64,000 nucleotides of DNA from Ilumatobacteraceae bacterium (GCA_039931555.1 JBDTRP010000116.1:45128-109127); one strand, 5' to 3'. Positions 44,324 to 54,065 are shown, numbered from the stretch's first letter. Notes: generated from the sequence alone by a model not told the origin. A program made the numbers and translations.

Positions 44324-45223
44324 ATGCGCATCCTCATGTCGGGCGCAAGCGGTCTGATCGGTACGGCACTGAGCAGCCACTTGTCCACCGGTGGCCACCT
44401 CGTGACTCGCCTGGTCAGACGCGACGCCCGCGAGGGCGAGCACCGGTGGGACCCGGCTGCCGGCATCCTCGATGCGGACGCATTCACTGGTTGCGACGCG
44501 GTCATCAACCTGTCGGGCGCCAACATCGGCGACAAGCGATGGACCGACCATTACAAGGCTGAACTGCTGTCGAGTCGTCTGCAATCGACGACGTTGCTGG
44601 CCACGACGATGGCGGGGCTCGATACGAAGCCATCCGTGTTCATCTCCGGTTCGGCGATCGGTTGGTATGGCGACCGAGGCGACGAACGGCTCGACGAGCT
44701 GTCCCCGGCCGGCACCGACTTCCTCAGCAACCTGTGTCAGCAGTGGGAAGCGGCAACCATGCCCGCCGAGGATGCAGGGATTCGCACCGTCCACGTTCGT
44801 ACGGGCATCGTGCTGTCGGCACAAGGCGGCGCGCTGAAGAAGCAGCTCCCCCTGTTCAAGCTCGGCCTCGGCGGGCGCTTCGGAAGCGGGCACCAATGGC
44901 AGAGCTGGATCTCGATCGACGATGAGGTCGATGCGATCTCTCACCTGCTGACGACCGACATCTGCGGGGCCGTCAACCTGACTGCACCGAATCCAGTCAC
45001 CAACAGCGAGTTCACCGCAACCCTCGGCAAGGTGCTCCACCGACCCGCCGTGTTACCGATCCCGTCGTTCGGACCCAAGATGCTCCTCGGTGGAGAGCTG
45101 GTCGACGCGCTCCTCCTCAGTGGCCAACGCGTCTCGCCCACTGCGCTCCAGCGCAGCGGGTACGAGTTCCATCACGAGACGCTCGACTCGGCTTTGCGGG
45201 ATCTGCTCCGACGCCCGTCGTGA
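44324..45223 (+). CDS. TIGR01777-type epimerase family protein (SDR39U1/YfcH-like, C-terminal DUF1731)
   Basis: MRILMSGASGLIGTALSSHL is the Rossmann motif. ...ELLLSGQRVSP..L..SGYEF is typical of the C-terminal domain. Confidence 0.85.
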   Translation: MRILMSGASGLIGTALSSHLSTGGHLVTRLVRRDAREGEHRWDPAAGILDADAFTGCDAVINLSGANIGDKRWTDHYKAELLSSRLQSTTLLATTMAGLDTKPSVFISGSAIGWYGDRGDERLDELSPAGTDFLSNLCQQWEAATMPAEDAGIRTVHVRTGIVLSAQGGALKKQLPLFKLGLGGRFGSGHQWQSWISIDDEVDAISHLLTTDICGAVNLTAPNPVTNSEFTATLGKVLHRPAVLPIPSFGPKMLLGGELVDALLLSGQRVSPTALQRSGYEFHHETLDSALRDLLRRPS

Positions 45224-45236
45224 CGACTCCGGGTCG

Positions 45237-45710
45237 TCAGTACTGATCGGCGGTCTCGACAGCCGACCAGCGGGCAAGTTCGGCCTCGAGATCGAGCCGC
45301 TCGACGCCGGGTGACGTGGTCGGCCAGTTCGCTCTCGGCACGGCCCACATGATCTCGAACTCGATCCCGTCGGGGTCGTGCGCGTACAAGCTCTTGCTGA
45401 CGCCGTGATCGCTTTCGCCGACCAGTGACCCTGCGGTGATCAGCTTGGTGCGCAACGCGGCAAGCTCTTCGATCGTGTTGACCTGCCATGCCAGGTGGTA
45501 GAGGCCAGGCGAATGGGCGGCCGGCTTGGGGTGATCGCCAACGCTGAACAGACCGAGATCATGATCGTTGGTCGATCCATCGGCGCGCAGGAAGATCGCT
45601 TGGCCGCCCATGTTCGCCACGGCCTCGAAGCCGAGGACCGTGGTGTAGAAGTCTGCAGATGCCTGGGCATCGCGCACCCAGAGCACCGCATGGTTGAGTC
45701 GTCTGATCAA
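45237..45710 (-). CDS. VOC family protein (glyoxalase/bleomycin-resistance/dioxygenase fold)
   Basis: ...IRRLNHAVLWVRDAQASADFYTTVLGFE... and ...LYHLAWQV.... I propose the TTG 45710 start because the longer ORF would overlap yceI. Confidence 0.7.
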   Translation of the reverse strand: MIRRLNHAVLWVRDAQASADFYTTVLGFEAVANMGGQAIFLRADGSTNDHDLGLFSVGDHPKPAAHSPGLYHLAWQVNTIEELAALRTKLITAGSLVGESDHGVSKSLYAHDPDGIEFEIMWAVPRANWPTTSPGVERLDLEAELARWSAVETADQY

Positions 45711-45715
45711 CGGAA

Positions 45716-46258
45716 TCAGGCCTTGACCGTTTGCACGTCGAGCTGGATCTTGACCTTCTCGCCCAGCATCACGCCGCCCGTCTCGAGCACCACGTTCCAC
45801 TCCAGGCCCCAGTCCTTGCGGTTGATCTCCGTCTCGGCAGTGAACCCGGCACGGGTGCCACCCCACGGGTCGCCGCTGACGCCCTCGAACTCGAGCTCGA
45901 AGTCGACGGGCTTGGTGATCCCTCTGATCGTCAGGTCCGCGTGCAGCACGTAGTCGCTGCCGTCCTTGTCGATCCCGGTGCTGACCAGGGTCATGGTCGG
46001 GTACGTCTCGGAGTCGAAGAAGTCACCCGACTTCAGGTGTCCGTCGCGCGTTTCGTCACGGGTGTCGATCGAGGCGATGTCGACGCTGGCTTCGACCTTC
46101 GACGCCAGCGGATCTTCGGCAATGGTCACCGTGCCGGTGAAGCCGGAGAACCGGCCGCGCACCTTCGTCACCATCAGGTGGCGGGCGATGAAGCCGACCG
46201 ACGAGTGGACGGGGTCGACGTTCCAGACGCCGGGGGTGAGATCTGCGAGTGATGACAT
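45716..46258 (-). CDS. YceI family protein
   Basis: The inner ATG 46258 is preceded by AAGGAG. ...VDPVHSSVGFIARHLMVTKVRGRF... and ...LTIRGITKPV... are YceI signatures. Confidence 0.9.
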   Translation of the reverse strand: MSSLADLTPGVWNVDPVHSSVGFIARHLMVTKVRGRFSGFTGTVTIAEDPLASKVEASVDIASIDTRDETRDGHLKSGDFFDSETYPTMTLVSTGIDKDGSDYVLHADLTIRGITKPVDFELEFEGVSGDPWGGTRAGFTAETEINRKDWGLEWNVVLETGGVMLGEKVKIQLDVQTVKA

Positions 46259-46283
46259 GGTGGCAACTCCTTGTTGTTCTGGT

Positions 46284-46356
46284 TCCGCATCGACACGATG
46301 CGGACTCAATTCCTTGCGGCCACAATGATTGTAGGGGCAATTGCTTGCGTGCGCAA
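46284..46356. promoter_or_regulatory. Candidate MarR operator palindromes in the yceI-marR divergent intergenic region
   Basis: TCCGCATCG-aca-CGATGCGGA (46284-46304), GCAATTGC (46337-46344) and TTGCG-tg-CGCAA (46345-46356), all read directly. Confidence 0.35.
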
Positions 46357-46387
46357 CCTTTCTTCTGAACATCGGTAAGATGCACCC

Positions 46388-46846
46388 ATGGCGAGCACAT
46401 GGTTATCGGCGAGCGAGATGCGAGCGTGGCGCAACTTCATCGAGTCGGTCAGCACGATGACTGCTGCATTGGAGGGTGATCTGGTGCCGTTCGGGTTGAC
46501 CTTGGGCGACTACGAAGTACTGGTCAGACTGTCGGAAGCCGAGAACCACCGTCTGCGAATGTGCGACCTGGCGACGTCGCTGCAGCTGTCGCCCAGCGGC
46601 CTGACCCGACGCCTCGACGGGCTCGTCAGCTCCGGCTTGGTCGAACGTGTCGCCAGCCCATCGGATCGACGGGTGATGTTCGCAGCCCTGACTGCTGCCG
46701 GTCACGTCAAGCTGGTCGAGGCCGCGCCCGACCACGTCGCCAGCGTGCGCAACCGGTTCCTCAAGGATCTGACGAACGAGCAGGTGCGTTCCCTCGGCGA
46801 CATCTTCGAGATCGTGCGGGCCAACCTCACGGCTTGCCCGCAATGA
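46388..46846 (+). CDS. MarR family transcriptional regulator
   Basis: Winged-helix region ...LGDYEVLVRLSEAENHRLRMCDLATSLQLSPSGLTRRLDGLVSSGLVERVASPSDRR. Confidence 0.9.
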   Translation: MASTWLSASEMRAWRNFIESVSTMTAALEGDLVPFGLTLGDYEVLVRLSEAENHRLRMCDLATSLQLSPSGLTRRLDGLVSSGLVERVASPSDRRVMFAALTAAGHVKLVEAAPDHVASVRNRFLKDLTNEQVRSLGDIFEIVRANLTACPQ

Positions 46847-47994
46847 CCACGCTTCCCGCCGGCTTCCGCGCCTATGTTGCGAACATCGGGATCAAGGACT
46901 CGACCGACGATTTCGTCGTCGTCGCCACAGATTCGCCGTGCCCGACGGTCGGCGTGTTCACGACGAGCAGCTTCGCCGGACCCAGTGTTGTCGTCAGCCG
47001 CCAACACGTCTCGTCGCAAACTGCTCAGGCCGTGGTCGTGATCTCCAAGAACGCCAATGTCGCGACCGGGGGCGTCGGCCTGGCCAACGCTCGCGAGGTC
47101 GTTGCCGGTGTCGCCACGGCGCTCGGCTGCACCGCCGGCGATGTGCTGATCGCCTCGACCGGCGTGATCGGCCGCCAGTACCCGATGGATCGCGTGCGCG
47201 CCGGCCTGACGGCCATCCCTGCACCACTTCCGTCGGTCGATGCCGGCCTCGTGGCGACCGGCATCATGACGACGGACACCGTCTCGAAGGTGGCCAGCAC
47301 GTCGGTGGGCGCCGCGAGCATCGTCGGCGTCGCCAAGGGTGTCGGCATGATCGAGCCCAACATGGCCACCCTGATCACCTTGATGTTCACCGACGCCCGC
47401 CTGAACGCCGAGGACCTCGACCCCATCTTCCGACGCGTCATGGATCGCACGTTCAACTGCGTCTCGATCGACACCGACACCTCGACCAGCGACACGGCGA
47501 TCCTGATGGCCGGCGGCGAGGCAGGGCCGGTCGATCTCGGCGAGTTCGAGCGGGGCTTGTACGAGGTCGCAGCGTCGTTGACGAAGCAGGTCGCACGCGA
47601 CGGCGAGGGTGCCGAGAAGTTGATCGAGGTGGTCGTCGAGGGTGCGCACACGCCAGAACAGGCCAAGCGCGTCGCCAAGGCGATCGTCAACTCGCCGCTC
47701 GTCAAGACGGCCGTGCACGGCGCCGACCCGAACTGGGGTCGGGTGGCCATGGCGATCGGCAAGTCGACGACTGCGGACGAGGTCGACCAGGCGCAGGTCG
47801 TCATCCGCTTCGGTGATCAAGAGGTCTACCCGTCGTCGGTCGACGAGGCAGGGCTGCACGCACTCGCCGAGTACATGCGAGGTGATGAGGTACGGATCAC
47901 CGCCGTCCTCGCCGCCGGCGATTCATCGGCCACGGTGTGGGGCTGCGACCTGACCGACGGCTACATCCGCATCAACGCCGATTACACGACCTGA
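46843..47994 (+). CDS. argJ: ArgJ family glutamate N-acetyltransferase / ornithine acetyltransferase
   Basis: MTTLPAGFRAYVANIGIK..., the autoprocessing site context ...PNMATLITLMFTDA, and the C-terminal ...GYIRINADYTT. The ATG overlaps the marR stop as ATGA. Confidence 0.8.
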   Translation: MTTLPAGFRAYVANIGIKDSTDDFVVVATDSPCPTVGVFTTSSFAGPSVVVSRQHVSSQTAQAVVVISKNANVATGGVGLANAREVVAGVATALGCTAGDVLIASTGVIGRQYPMDRVRAGLTAIPAPLPSVDAGLVATGIMTTDTVSKVASTSVGAASIVGVAKGVGMIEPNMATLITLMFTDARLNAEDLDPIFRRVMDRTFNCVSIDTDTSTSDTAILMAGGEAGPVDLGEFERGLYEVAASLTKQVARDGEGAEKLIEVVVEGAHTPEQAKRVAKAIVNSPLVKTAVHGADPNWGRVAMAIGKSTTADEVDQAQVVIRFGDQEVYPSSVDEAGLHALAEYMRGDEVRITAVLAAGDSSATVWGCDLTDGYIRINADYTT

Positions 47995-48102
47995 ATGCGG
48001 GAATCCGGTCCACCACGGGACCAAGGTCCCTACCCCGACGAGTCCGGAAACGCGACGATGGTCCCCAAGTGAGGGGACCGCTTCGAGTCAAAGGAGCCTG
48101 CC

Positions 48103-49014
48103 GTGTACATCGGGCGAGGCGTAAAGAGTGCCGCTCTCATGGGATTCGCCACGGCCACGGTGTTGTTGGTCGTCGGAACTCAGGCGAATGCTGCGATCGT
48201 GCCGACCGTGCCCCTACTGACGGCTGCGAACTACTCCGTCCTGGGAGCAGAGACCGTCACGAACACCGGGGCAAGCGTGCTGAACGCCAGTCTCGGCTTG
48301 TCGCCGGGCACGAGCATCACCGGGTTCCCGCCTGGCATCGTCAACCCGCCAGGTACGACTGACACCACCAACGCGGCTGCTGCGCAGGCCCAACTGGACC
48401 TCACCGCCGGCTACCTGAATGCCGCCGCCCGACCGCTCGACGCGACCGAGCCCGGAGATCTGAGCGGCCTCACCCTGGTCGGCGGCGTCTATGCGTCGGC
48501 CTCGAAGGGACCCCTCAGCCTGACCGGACCGCTCACGCTCGACGGGGCCGGGGACCCCAATTCGGTCTTCATCTTCCAGACCGACTCCACGCTGATCACC
48601 TCAACGGGCAGCACAGTGTCACTGATCAACGGCGCCCAGGAGTGCAACGTGTTCTGGCAGGTGGGCAGTTCGGCCACACTGTTCACCGGCTCGACGTTCG
48701 TCGGCAACATCATGGCGCTGACCTCGATCAGCATCCAGAACAGCGTGACCGTTCGCGGACGTGCTCTCGCCCGGACCGGTGCGGTCACCTTGGACACCGA
48801 CACCTTCACGGCGCCGACGTGCAATCTCAACGCGATCCCCACGACGACGATCGCGGCGTCGACGACGGCGGCACCGACAACGACAAGGTTCATACCCGTC
48901 CTGCCCGGCACCGGCAGATCAGTCAACACCGGCCTGTTGGCAGCCACCGCCTTCCTGACGCTGGGAATCGTGGCGACCCGCGCGACCCGACGCCGAACAC
49001 CAGTCAGGCGCTGA
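48103..49014 (+). CDS. Ice-binding-like (DUF3494) surface protein with a C-terminal LPXTG sorting signal
   Basis: GTG 48103 lies 6 nt after AAGGAG. It has a signal peptide and DUF3494 blocks (...LGLSPGTSITGFPPG..., ...LTLDGAGDPNSVFIFQ..., ...CNVFWQVGSSATL..., ...GRALARTGAVTL). The C-terminus has LPGTG, a hydrophobic stretch and an RRRTPVRR tail. Confidence 0.8.
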   Translation: MYIGRGVKSAALMGFATATVLLVVGTQANAAIVPTVPLLTAANYSVLGAETVTNTGASVLNASLGLSPGTSITGFPPGIVNPPGTTDTTNAAAAQAQLDLTAGYLNAAARPLDATEPGDLSGLTLVGGVYASASKGPLSLTGPLTLDGAGDPNSVFIFQTDSTLITSTGSTVSLINGAQECNVFWQVGSSATLFTGSTFVGNIMALTSISIQNSVTVRGRALARTGAVTLDTDTFTAPTCNLNAIPTTTIAASTTAAPTTTRFIPVLPGTGRSVNTGLLAATAFLTLGIVATRATRRRTPVRR

Positions 49015-49082
49015 GTCCGACAAACTGCGACGGCACGACGGTCGCGGCAACCTGGTAGAGAGGCATCTTCCCTTCCCGAGGA

Positions 49083-50033
49083 GTGCCCATGCCCACGCTT
49101 CCCCATCGGCCGCTCGGTTCATCCGACCTCCACGTGTCGCTGTTCTCGTTGGGATCGTGGCGCACCTTCGAGAGGATCCCCCGAGACCAAGCCCTCGCAG
49201 TCATGCGCGCAGCGCGCCAGGCCGGCATCACCTTTCTCGACGACGCTCGCTACAACGACGAGACGGGTACAGCACCGATCCCCACGGGCTACTCCGAGGT
49301 CATCTTTGGCGAACTGTTCCGAGCGTCGGGGTGGGTGCGCGACGACGTCGTCGTGGCCAACAAGCTGTGGTGGGAGTTCTGGCCCGAGCAGGATGCTGCC
49401 GGCGAGCTCGACGCGTCGTTGGCGCGAATGGGGCTCGATCACATCGATCTCATCTACACGATGCAGCCACCCGATGGTCTCAGCGTCCACGTGCTCGTGG
49501 AGCAGGTGTCGGCATTGGTCTCGTCGGGCCGAGCGCGTTGTTGGGGTGTCGGCAACTGGCCCGCCGACCTGCTTGTCGAAGCCGTGCGCGAGGCGCGGAC
49601 GCTCGGCGTGCCACTGCCCGCAGCTGCACAACTCCCGTACAGCCTGGTGCGCGCCGACTGGGTGCAGGATCCGGTGATGGAGGCGGTGTTGGCCGATGCA
49701 GACATCGGTCTCGTTGCGTCGTACGTGCTCGCCGGCGGAACGCTGACCGGCAAGTACCTCCGCGGCGAGAACGGACGGGCCGAAACCGACCAGACGCCGG
49801 CGACCGTGACCGGCAAGCAACGTACCGCGGCCGTCGTCGAACTGGCACATGAGTGGGGCGTCACGCCTGCTTCGCTGGCCTTTTCGTTCGCACTCGCCCA
49901 CCCGCGGCTGGCCAGCGTGCTGTTCGGCGCCACCTCCGCCAACCAACTCGACGAGAACGTCGCATCACTCGATGTCTTCCACTCCCTCACCGACGACCAG
50001 CAAGGCCGGCTTGCCGAGTTGGCCACCATCTGA
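49083..50033 (+). CDS. Aldo/keto reductase
   Basis: ...LGSSDLHVSLFSLGSW...FLDDARYN...LDHIDLIY... are AKR family blocks. 316 aa. Confidence 0.9.
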   Translation: MPMPTLPHRPLGSSDLHVSLFSLGSWRTFERIPRDQALAVMRAARQAGITFLDDARYNDETGTAPIPTGYSEVIFGELFRASGWVRDDVVVANKLWWEFWPEQDAAGELDASLARMGLDHIDLIYTMQPPDGLSVHVLVEQVSALVSSGRARCWGVGNWPADLLVEAVREARTLGVPLPAAAQLPYSLVRADWVQDPVMEAVLADADIGLVASYVLAGGTLTGKYLRGENGRAETDQTPATVTGKQRTAAVVELAHEWGVTPASLAFSFALAHPRLASVLFGATSANQLDENVASLDVFHSLTDDQQGRLAELATI

Positions 50034-50076
50034 CACGCCATGCATAGCGGATGACGCAATTGGGTACAGGTGCGTC

Positions 50077-50538
50077 ATGGAAATCATCCGACACGACGAT
50101 GGCTCGCTGACCGTTCCCGTAACCGCGCCGCGCCATCACGACGACGACGACGCTGACGAGGCCGTCGACACCGGGCCCACCACGATGGTCCTGCACCCGG
50201 GCGAGGGCGGCTACACCGAGGCGTTGGCCGAATGGGACGTGCAGCAGAACCCCGATCGCGGGGAAGCCGTCTCAACTGCGTCCGGCCGCGAGCAGGCCAT
50301 GGCGGTGGTCCACGCGGTGGCTGAGGATCCGGAGCACGTTGCCGAAGCCGTCGACTCGCTGGAAGACGCCGGTGCCAGCGCGGACGCGCTGCGGCACGTG
50401 CTGGTCGGGGGGACTCCGTCGATCCAAGCGTTCGCACATGAGGTGGCCGATGCCGAAGGCGGCGAGGAACTGCCGCACCACAAGGCAACCAAGATCATCG
50501 GCCAGGTGCTGGCCGAGATCGACACACACCCGCAGTAA
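50077..50538 (+). CDS. Acidic hypothetical protein
   Basis: The inner ATG 50077 gives MEIIRHDDGSLTVP.... The protein is highly acidic and matches no family I recognise. Confidence 0.45.
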   Translation: MEIIRHDDGSLTVPVTAPRHHDDDDADEAVDTGPTTMVLHPGEGGYTEALAEWDVQQNPDRGEAVSTASGREQAMAVVHAVAEDPEHVAEAVDSLEDAGASADALRHVLVGGTPSIQAFAHEVADAEGGEELPHHKATKIIGQVLAEIDTHPQ

Positions 50539-50572
50539 CGGCTCCCGACGGTCGCCGCAGCAAACTGGGGTG

Positions 50573-51730
50573 GTGACTCCTGTCGGCCCGACGACGTCGA
50601 GCGGGCGATGCGACCCTGCGTTCGGCGCGGTACGCGACGAGTTCGCCCTCAACTTCTCCGAGCGCGGCGAAGTCGGCGCGGCTGTATGCGTGATCGTGGA
50701 TGGAGAGATCGTGGTCGACCTCGTTGGCGGCTGGGCCGACGAGGCCAGGCAACGGCCGTGGCGGCCCGACACGCTGGTCAACTTCTATTCCGTCGGCAAG
50801 GCCTTCGTGGCATTGTTGGCCCTGCAACTCGTCGATGCCGGTCTGGTCGGGCTCGATGATCCGATCGCGTCGGTGTGGCCCGAGTTCGCCGCACACGGCA
50901 AGGACCGCGCCACCGTCCGACACGCGCTGTGCCATCGGGCCGGGGTGCCGGCAATCCGCGAGCAACTGACGAACGACGACCTGTGGAACTGGGACCGGAT
51001 GACGACCGCCCTCGCGGCCACCGAGCCGTGGTGGGAGCCCGGGTCGCGGCACACGTACCACACCAACACCTATGGGCATCTCGTCGGCGAGATCGTGCGA
51101 CGCGTCAGCGGTGACCTGCCGGGCACCCGCCTGCGGGGCCTTGCCGATTCGCTCGACGCCGATGTGTGGGTCGGCGTACCGTCGGCGCAACAGCACCGCT
51201 GCGCCGACATCATCTGGGCCCCTGCCCAAGGGCTGTCAACGACGACGGTCGCGGCCGACGGGGCCGCACCGTCGGACGAATCGTCGATGATCGCGCTGGG
51301 CTACTTCAACCCGCCCGGTTACTCGTCGACGGGAGTGGTCAACACCTCGCAGTGGCGCGGCGCTCAGGTTCCGTCGACCAACGGACACGGCTCGGCGACC
51401 GGAGTAGCGCGGATGTACGCGGCGCTCCTCGAGCCCGGGCGACTGCTGTCGCCCGACTTGCTCGCCGAAGCCACCACGGCCCAGTCGGTGGGCTACTGCC
51501 CGGTGCTCGGCGAGGAGACCACGTTCGGTCTCGGCTTCAAGCCCACCGTGCCGCATCGCCCGTTCGGCCCGAACCCGCGGAGCTTCGGCCACTTCGGAAC
51601 CGGTGGTGCGCTCGGGTTTGCAGACCCTGACGCAAGCGTGGCCTTCGGATACGTGATGAACCACGTCATCCCCCGGTGGCAGAGCACCCGCAATCACGCC
51701 CTGATCGACGCCGTCTACCGATCGCTGTGA
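50573..51730 (+). CDS. Serine hydrolase, beta-lactamase/esterase (class C-like) family
   Basis: SxxK motif in ...VNFYSVGKAFVALLALQLVD. There are typical downstream Y-x-N-like and HxG blocks (...FGHFGTGGALGFADP). The GTG 50573 start is proposed. Confidence 0.85.
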   Translation: MTPVGPTTSSGRCDPAFGAVRDEFALNFSERGEVGAAVCVIVDGEIVVDLVGGWADEARQRPWRPDTLVNFYSVGKAFVALLALQLVDAGLVGLDDPIASVWPEFAAHGKDRATVRHALCHRAGVPAIREQLTNDDLWNWDRMTTALAATEPWWEPGSRHTYHTNTYGHLVGEIVRRVSGDLPGTRLRGLADSLDADVWVGVPSAQQHRCADIIWAPAQGLSTTTVAADGAAPSDESSMIALGYFNPPGYSSTGVVNTSQWRGAQVPSTNGHGSATGVARMYAALLEPGRLLSPDLLAEATTAQSVGYCPVLGEETTFGLGFKPTVPHRPFGPNPRSFGHFGTGGALGFADPDASVAFGYVMNHVIPRWQSTRNHALIDAVYRSL

Positions 51731-52967
51731 GCGCTTGCTCGTCGACGACTGTTGCGAACTCATCGGGGTCGACACCCGCGTACGCATAGGCGAACCACCG
51801 GGCCAGCGTCGGGTCGTGCTGCAGCGCCGAGATCCATCCCTGGCGAAGACCAGCACCGAACGTCACGCTGTCGCCCTGACCGTCGGCGTCGTCGGACCCG
51901 GCGAGGATCAACCGCAGCATCCAGCGCGAGAACGCCTGCGTCCGCCAGATGGCAGGAAGGCGGGTGTCGGAGTACTGGTCGAGCCGAGTTCCGTCATCGC
52001 GTGGGCCGAAACGTTCTATCAAGCCATGTGCCAACTCGACCGCATCCTGGATGGCCAGGTTCATCCCCTTGCCTCCAGCCGGCGTGATCACGTGCGCGGC
52101 GTCACCGGCCACGAACACACACCCGTCCTGCATCGGCGTGGTCATCTTCATGCGCAGGTCGACCAGCGACGGTTCGATGAAGTCGACGGCGTCGAGTCGA
52201 CCGGGCACCAGCAACCGGGTGGTCAACTCGGCACGCACGCGCACTTCGGGCCAATCGGCAAGCGTGTCGGTAGCCGGAATCTCCAGGTAGAACCGGGTCA
52301 GATCCGGCAGGCGCCGCATCTGGCCGGCGAAACCTCGGGGATGTGCTGCATAGATCGTGTGGGGCTCGAGCGGCCCCGTCGTGCCGAGCACCGCGAGCCA
52401 ACGTACGGGAAGTGATTGTTCGACGATCGTGCAGTTGCGCAAGGCACCGGCGATGACGCCGCGGGCGCCGTCGCAGCCGGCCACGACTCGGCAGCGAATC
52501 GTCCCCCGCTCGCCCGAGTCGTCGATGATCGACAGCGTGGCACCGGTGTCGTCGTGGTCGACTCCCGTCACCTCGATGCCGAAACGAATGTCTCCGCCGG
52601 CAGCCACCAGCGCGTTGCGGAGTACGGCGACCAACTCGTGCTGCGGGTACACGTAGTGCGGGCGATCGCCAGTGAGGGTGCCGTAGTCGAAGACCACGCT
52701 CTCTTCCGGCGTGCGGAACTCGCAGCAGTAGTTCGTGTGCTCGAACCGCAGGATGCTGTCGGCGATACCGACCGACTTCAGGGCCTCGACTGTCCGGTAG
52801 TCGATCGCGCCGGCCTTGGCCATGCTTCCCATGTCGGTGCGGGCGTGGCGCTCGAGCACGACGAACTCGACTCCTGCGCGCTGCAACATGTGTGCGGCAA
52901 CCAGGCCCGCGGGGCCGGCACCGACGATCGCCACCGTCGTGACATCGTCTCGCGTCAAGGAGGTCAT
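51666..52967 (-). CDS. FAD-dependent aromatic monooxygenase, 4-hydroxybenzoate 3-monooxygenase (PobA)-like
   Basis: VAIVGAGPAGLVAAHML (GxGxxG), ...AAHPRGFA..., and GDAAHVITPAGGKGMNLAIQDA closely resemble PobA as I recall it. Confidence 0.8.
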   Translation of the reverse strand: MTSLTRDDVTTVAIVGAGPAGLVAAHMLQRAGVEFVVLERHARTDMGSMAKAGAIDYRTVEALKSVGIADSILRFEHTNYCCEFRTPEESVVFDYGTLTGDRPHYVYPQHELVAVLRNALVAAGGDIRFGIEVTGVDHDDTGATLSIIDDSGERGTIRCRVVAGCDGARGVIAGALRNCTIVEQSLPVRWLAVLGTTGPLEPHTIYAAHPRGFAGQMRRLPDLTRFYLEIPATDTLADWPEVRVRAELTTRLLVPGRLDAVDFIEPSLVDLRMKMTTPMQDGCVFVAGDAAHVITPAGGKGMNLAIQDAVELAHGLIERFGPRDDGTRLDQYSDTRLPAIWRTQAFSRWMLRLILAGSDDADGQGDSVTFGAGLRQGWISALQHDPTLARWFAYAYAGVDPDEFATVVDEQALTAIGRRRRSGRDCGCSATGG

Positions 52968-53068
52968 TCACGCACAGTGCCATACTGAACGGCACCTGCT
53001 CGGACCGGCCAGGCGAAACGGCACGATCGACCCGAGCAGCCACCATTGGGAGATCGGTCGGCGGCTCG

Positions 53069-53884
53069 CTACGCCAGGGTGACGGGTTCGAGATGGTCGT
53101 CGATCGGCAGATCGCCGTGCACGAAGGCCATCACACCGCTGGCAACCAGGTCGGCAGCACCGTCGAGGGTGGTCGAGAACGCGGTGTCGCCGGCATCGCG
53201 ACCCGTGGCGATGCGAACGAGCGACTGACGGGGCGCGAGCCGGGTTGCGTCGACCAGCTCCCATCCCGTCGTGGTGGCGACCTCGGCAACGGCGTGGAAG
53301 TCCATGGGGGTCACACCCGGCGCATACACCGAGGCCACGCGGGCAGGCACGCCAGCGGCGCGACACAAGGCAACGGTGAGGTGGGCGAAGTCCCGGCACA
53401 CCCCTCTTCCGGCCAACATCGTGTCGACGGCGGTGTCGAGTGGCCCGCTGCTGCCCAGCTCGTACCGCAGCCGACCGAACACCCAGTCACCGATGATCCG
53501 GCCACGGTCAGCGACGGACGCCGGCATTCCCAGCTCGGCATCGGCGAATGCTTCCAGCAGGTCGGACGGGCAGTACCGGCTCGGTCGCACGCCGAACAGC
53601 TTCTCGGCAACCGTTGGGGCCGGGCCACCGGACGACATGCGCTGCACCACACCGTGGTAGTTGACGGTGAGGCGCCCGGACGCGCAGGCGACGATGTGCA
53701 CCCGACCACCGTGCTCGACCTCCACCACGTCGACCGGCACGCTGCGACCATCGAGCTCGACGACGAGCTCATCAACCTCGAACTGGCCGGCCGTCGTCGA
53801 GGCGGCGACCTGTAGTGCTAGTACCACGTGATGGGCGACCTCGAAGGTCAGCGCGCACCCGACCTCGGCCGTGGTCAGTCGCAT
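53069..53884 (-). CDS. Transglutaminase-like domain protein
   Basis: Cys-His-Asp core: ...GRGVCRDFAHLTVALCRAAGVPARVASVY...DFHAVAEV.... Confidence 0.8.
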   Translation of the reverse strand: MRLTTAEVGCALTFEVAHHVVLALQVAASTTAGQFEVDELVVELDGRSVPVDVVEVEHGGRVHIVACASGRLTVNYHGVVQRMSSGGPAPTVAEKLFGVRPSRYCPSDLLEAFADAELGMPASVADRGRIIGDWVFGRLRYELGSSGPLDTAVDTMLAGRGVCRDFAHLTVALCRAAGVPARVASVYAPGVTPMDFHAVAEVATTTGWELVDATRLAPRQSLVRIATGRDAGDTAFSTTLDGAADLVASGVMAFVHGDLPIDDHLEPVTLA

Positions 53885-54065
53885 CGAGTCCGTGATGACC
53901 AGAACCTTGCCAGCATTGGGTGCCAGTAGGCAACCGGCGAGGCAAACACCGGGTCATCGCGGCGCCGGTCGCGTCGAACTCGCACCAGGGTGCTAGTCCC
54001 ATGGTGCAGTGGTCACCGGCGGCGAATCGCGGTGTGATGGTGACAACGAAAGCAAGGAGCCCCCC

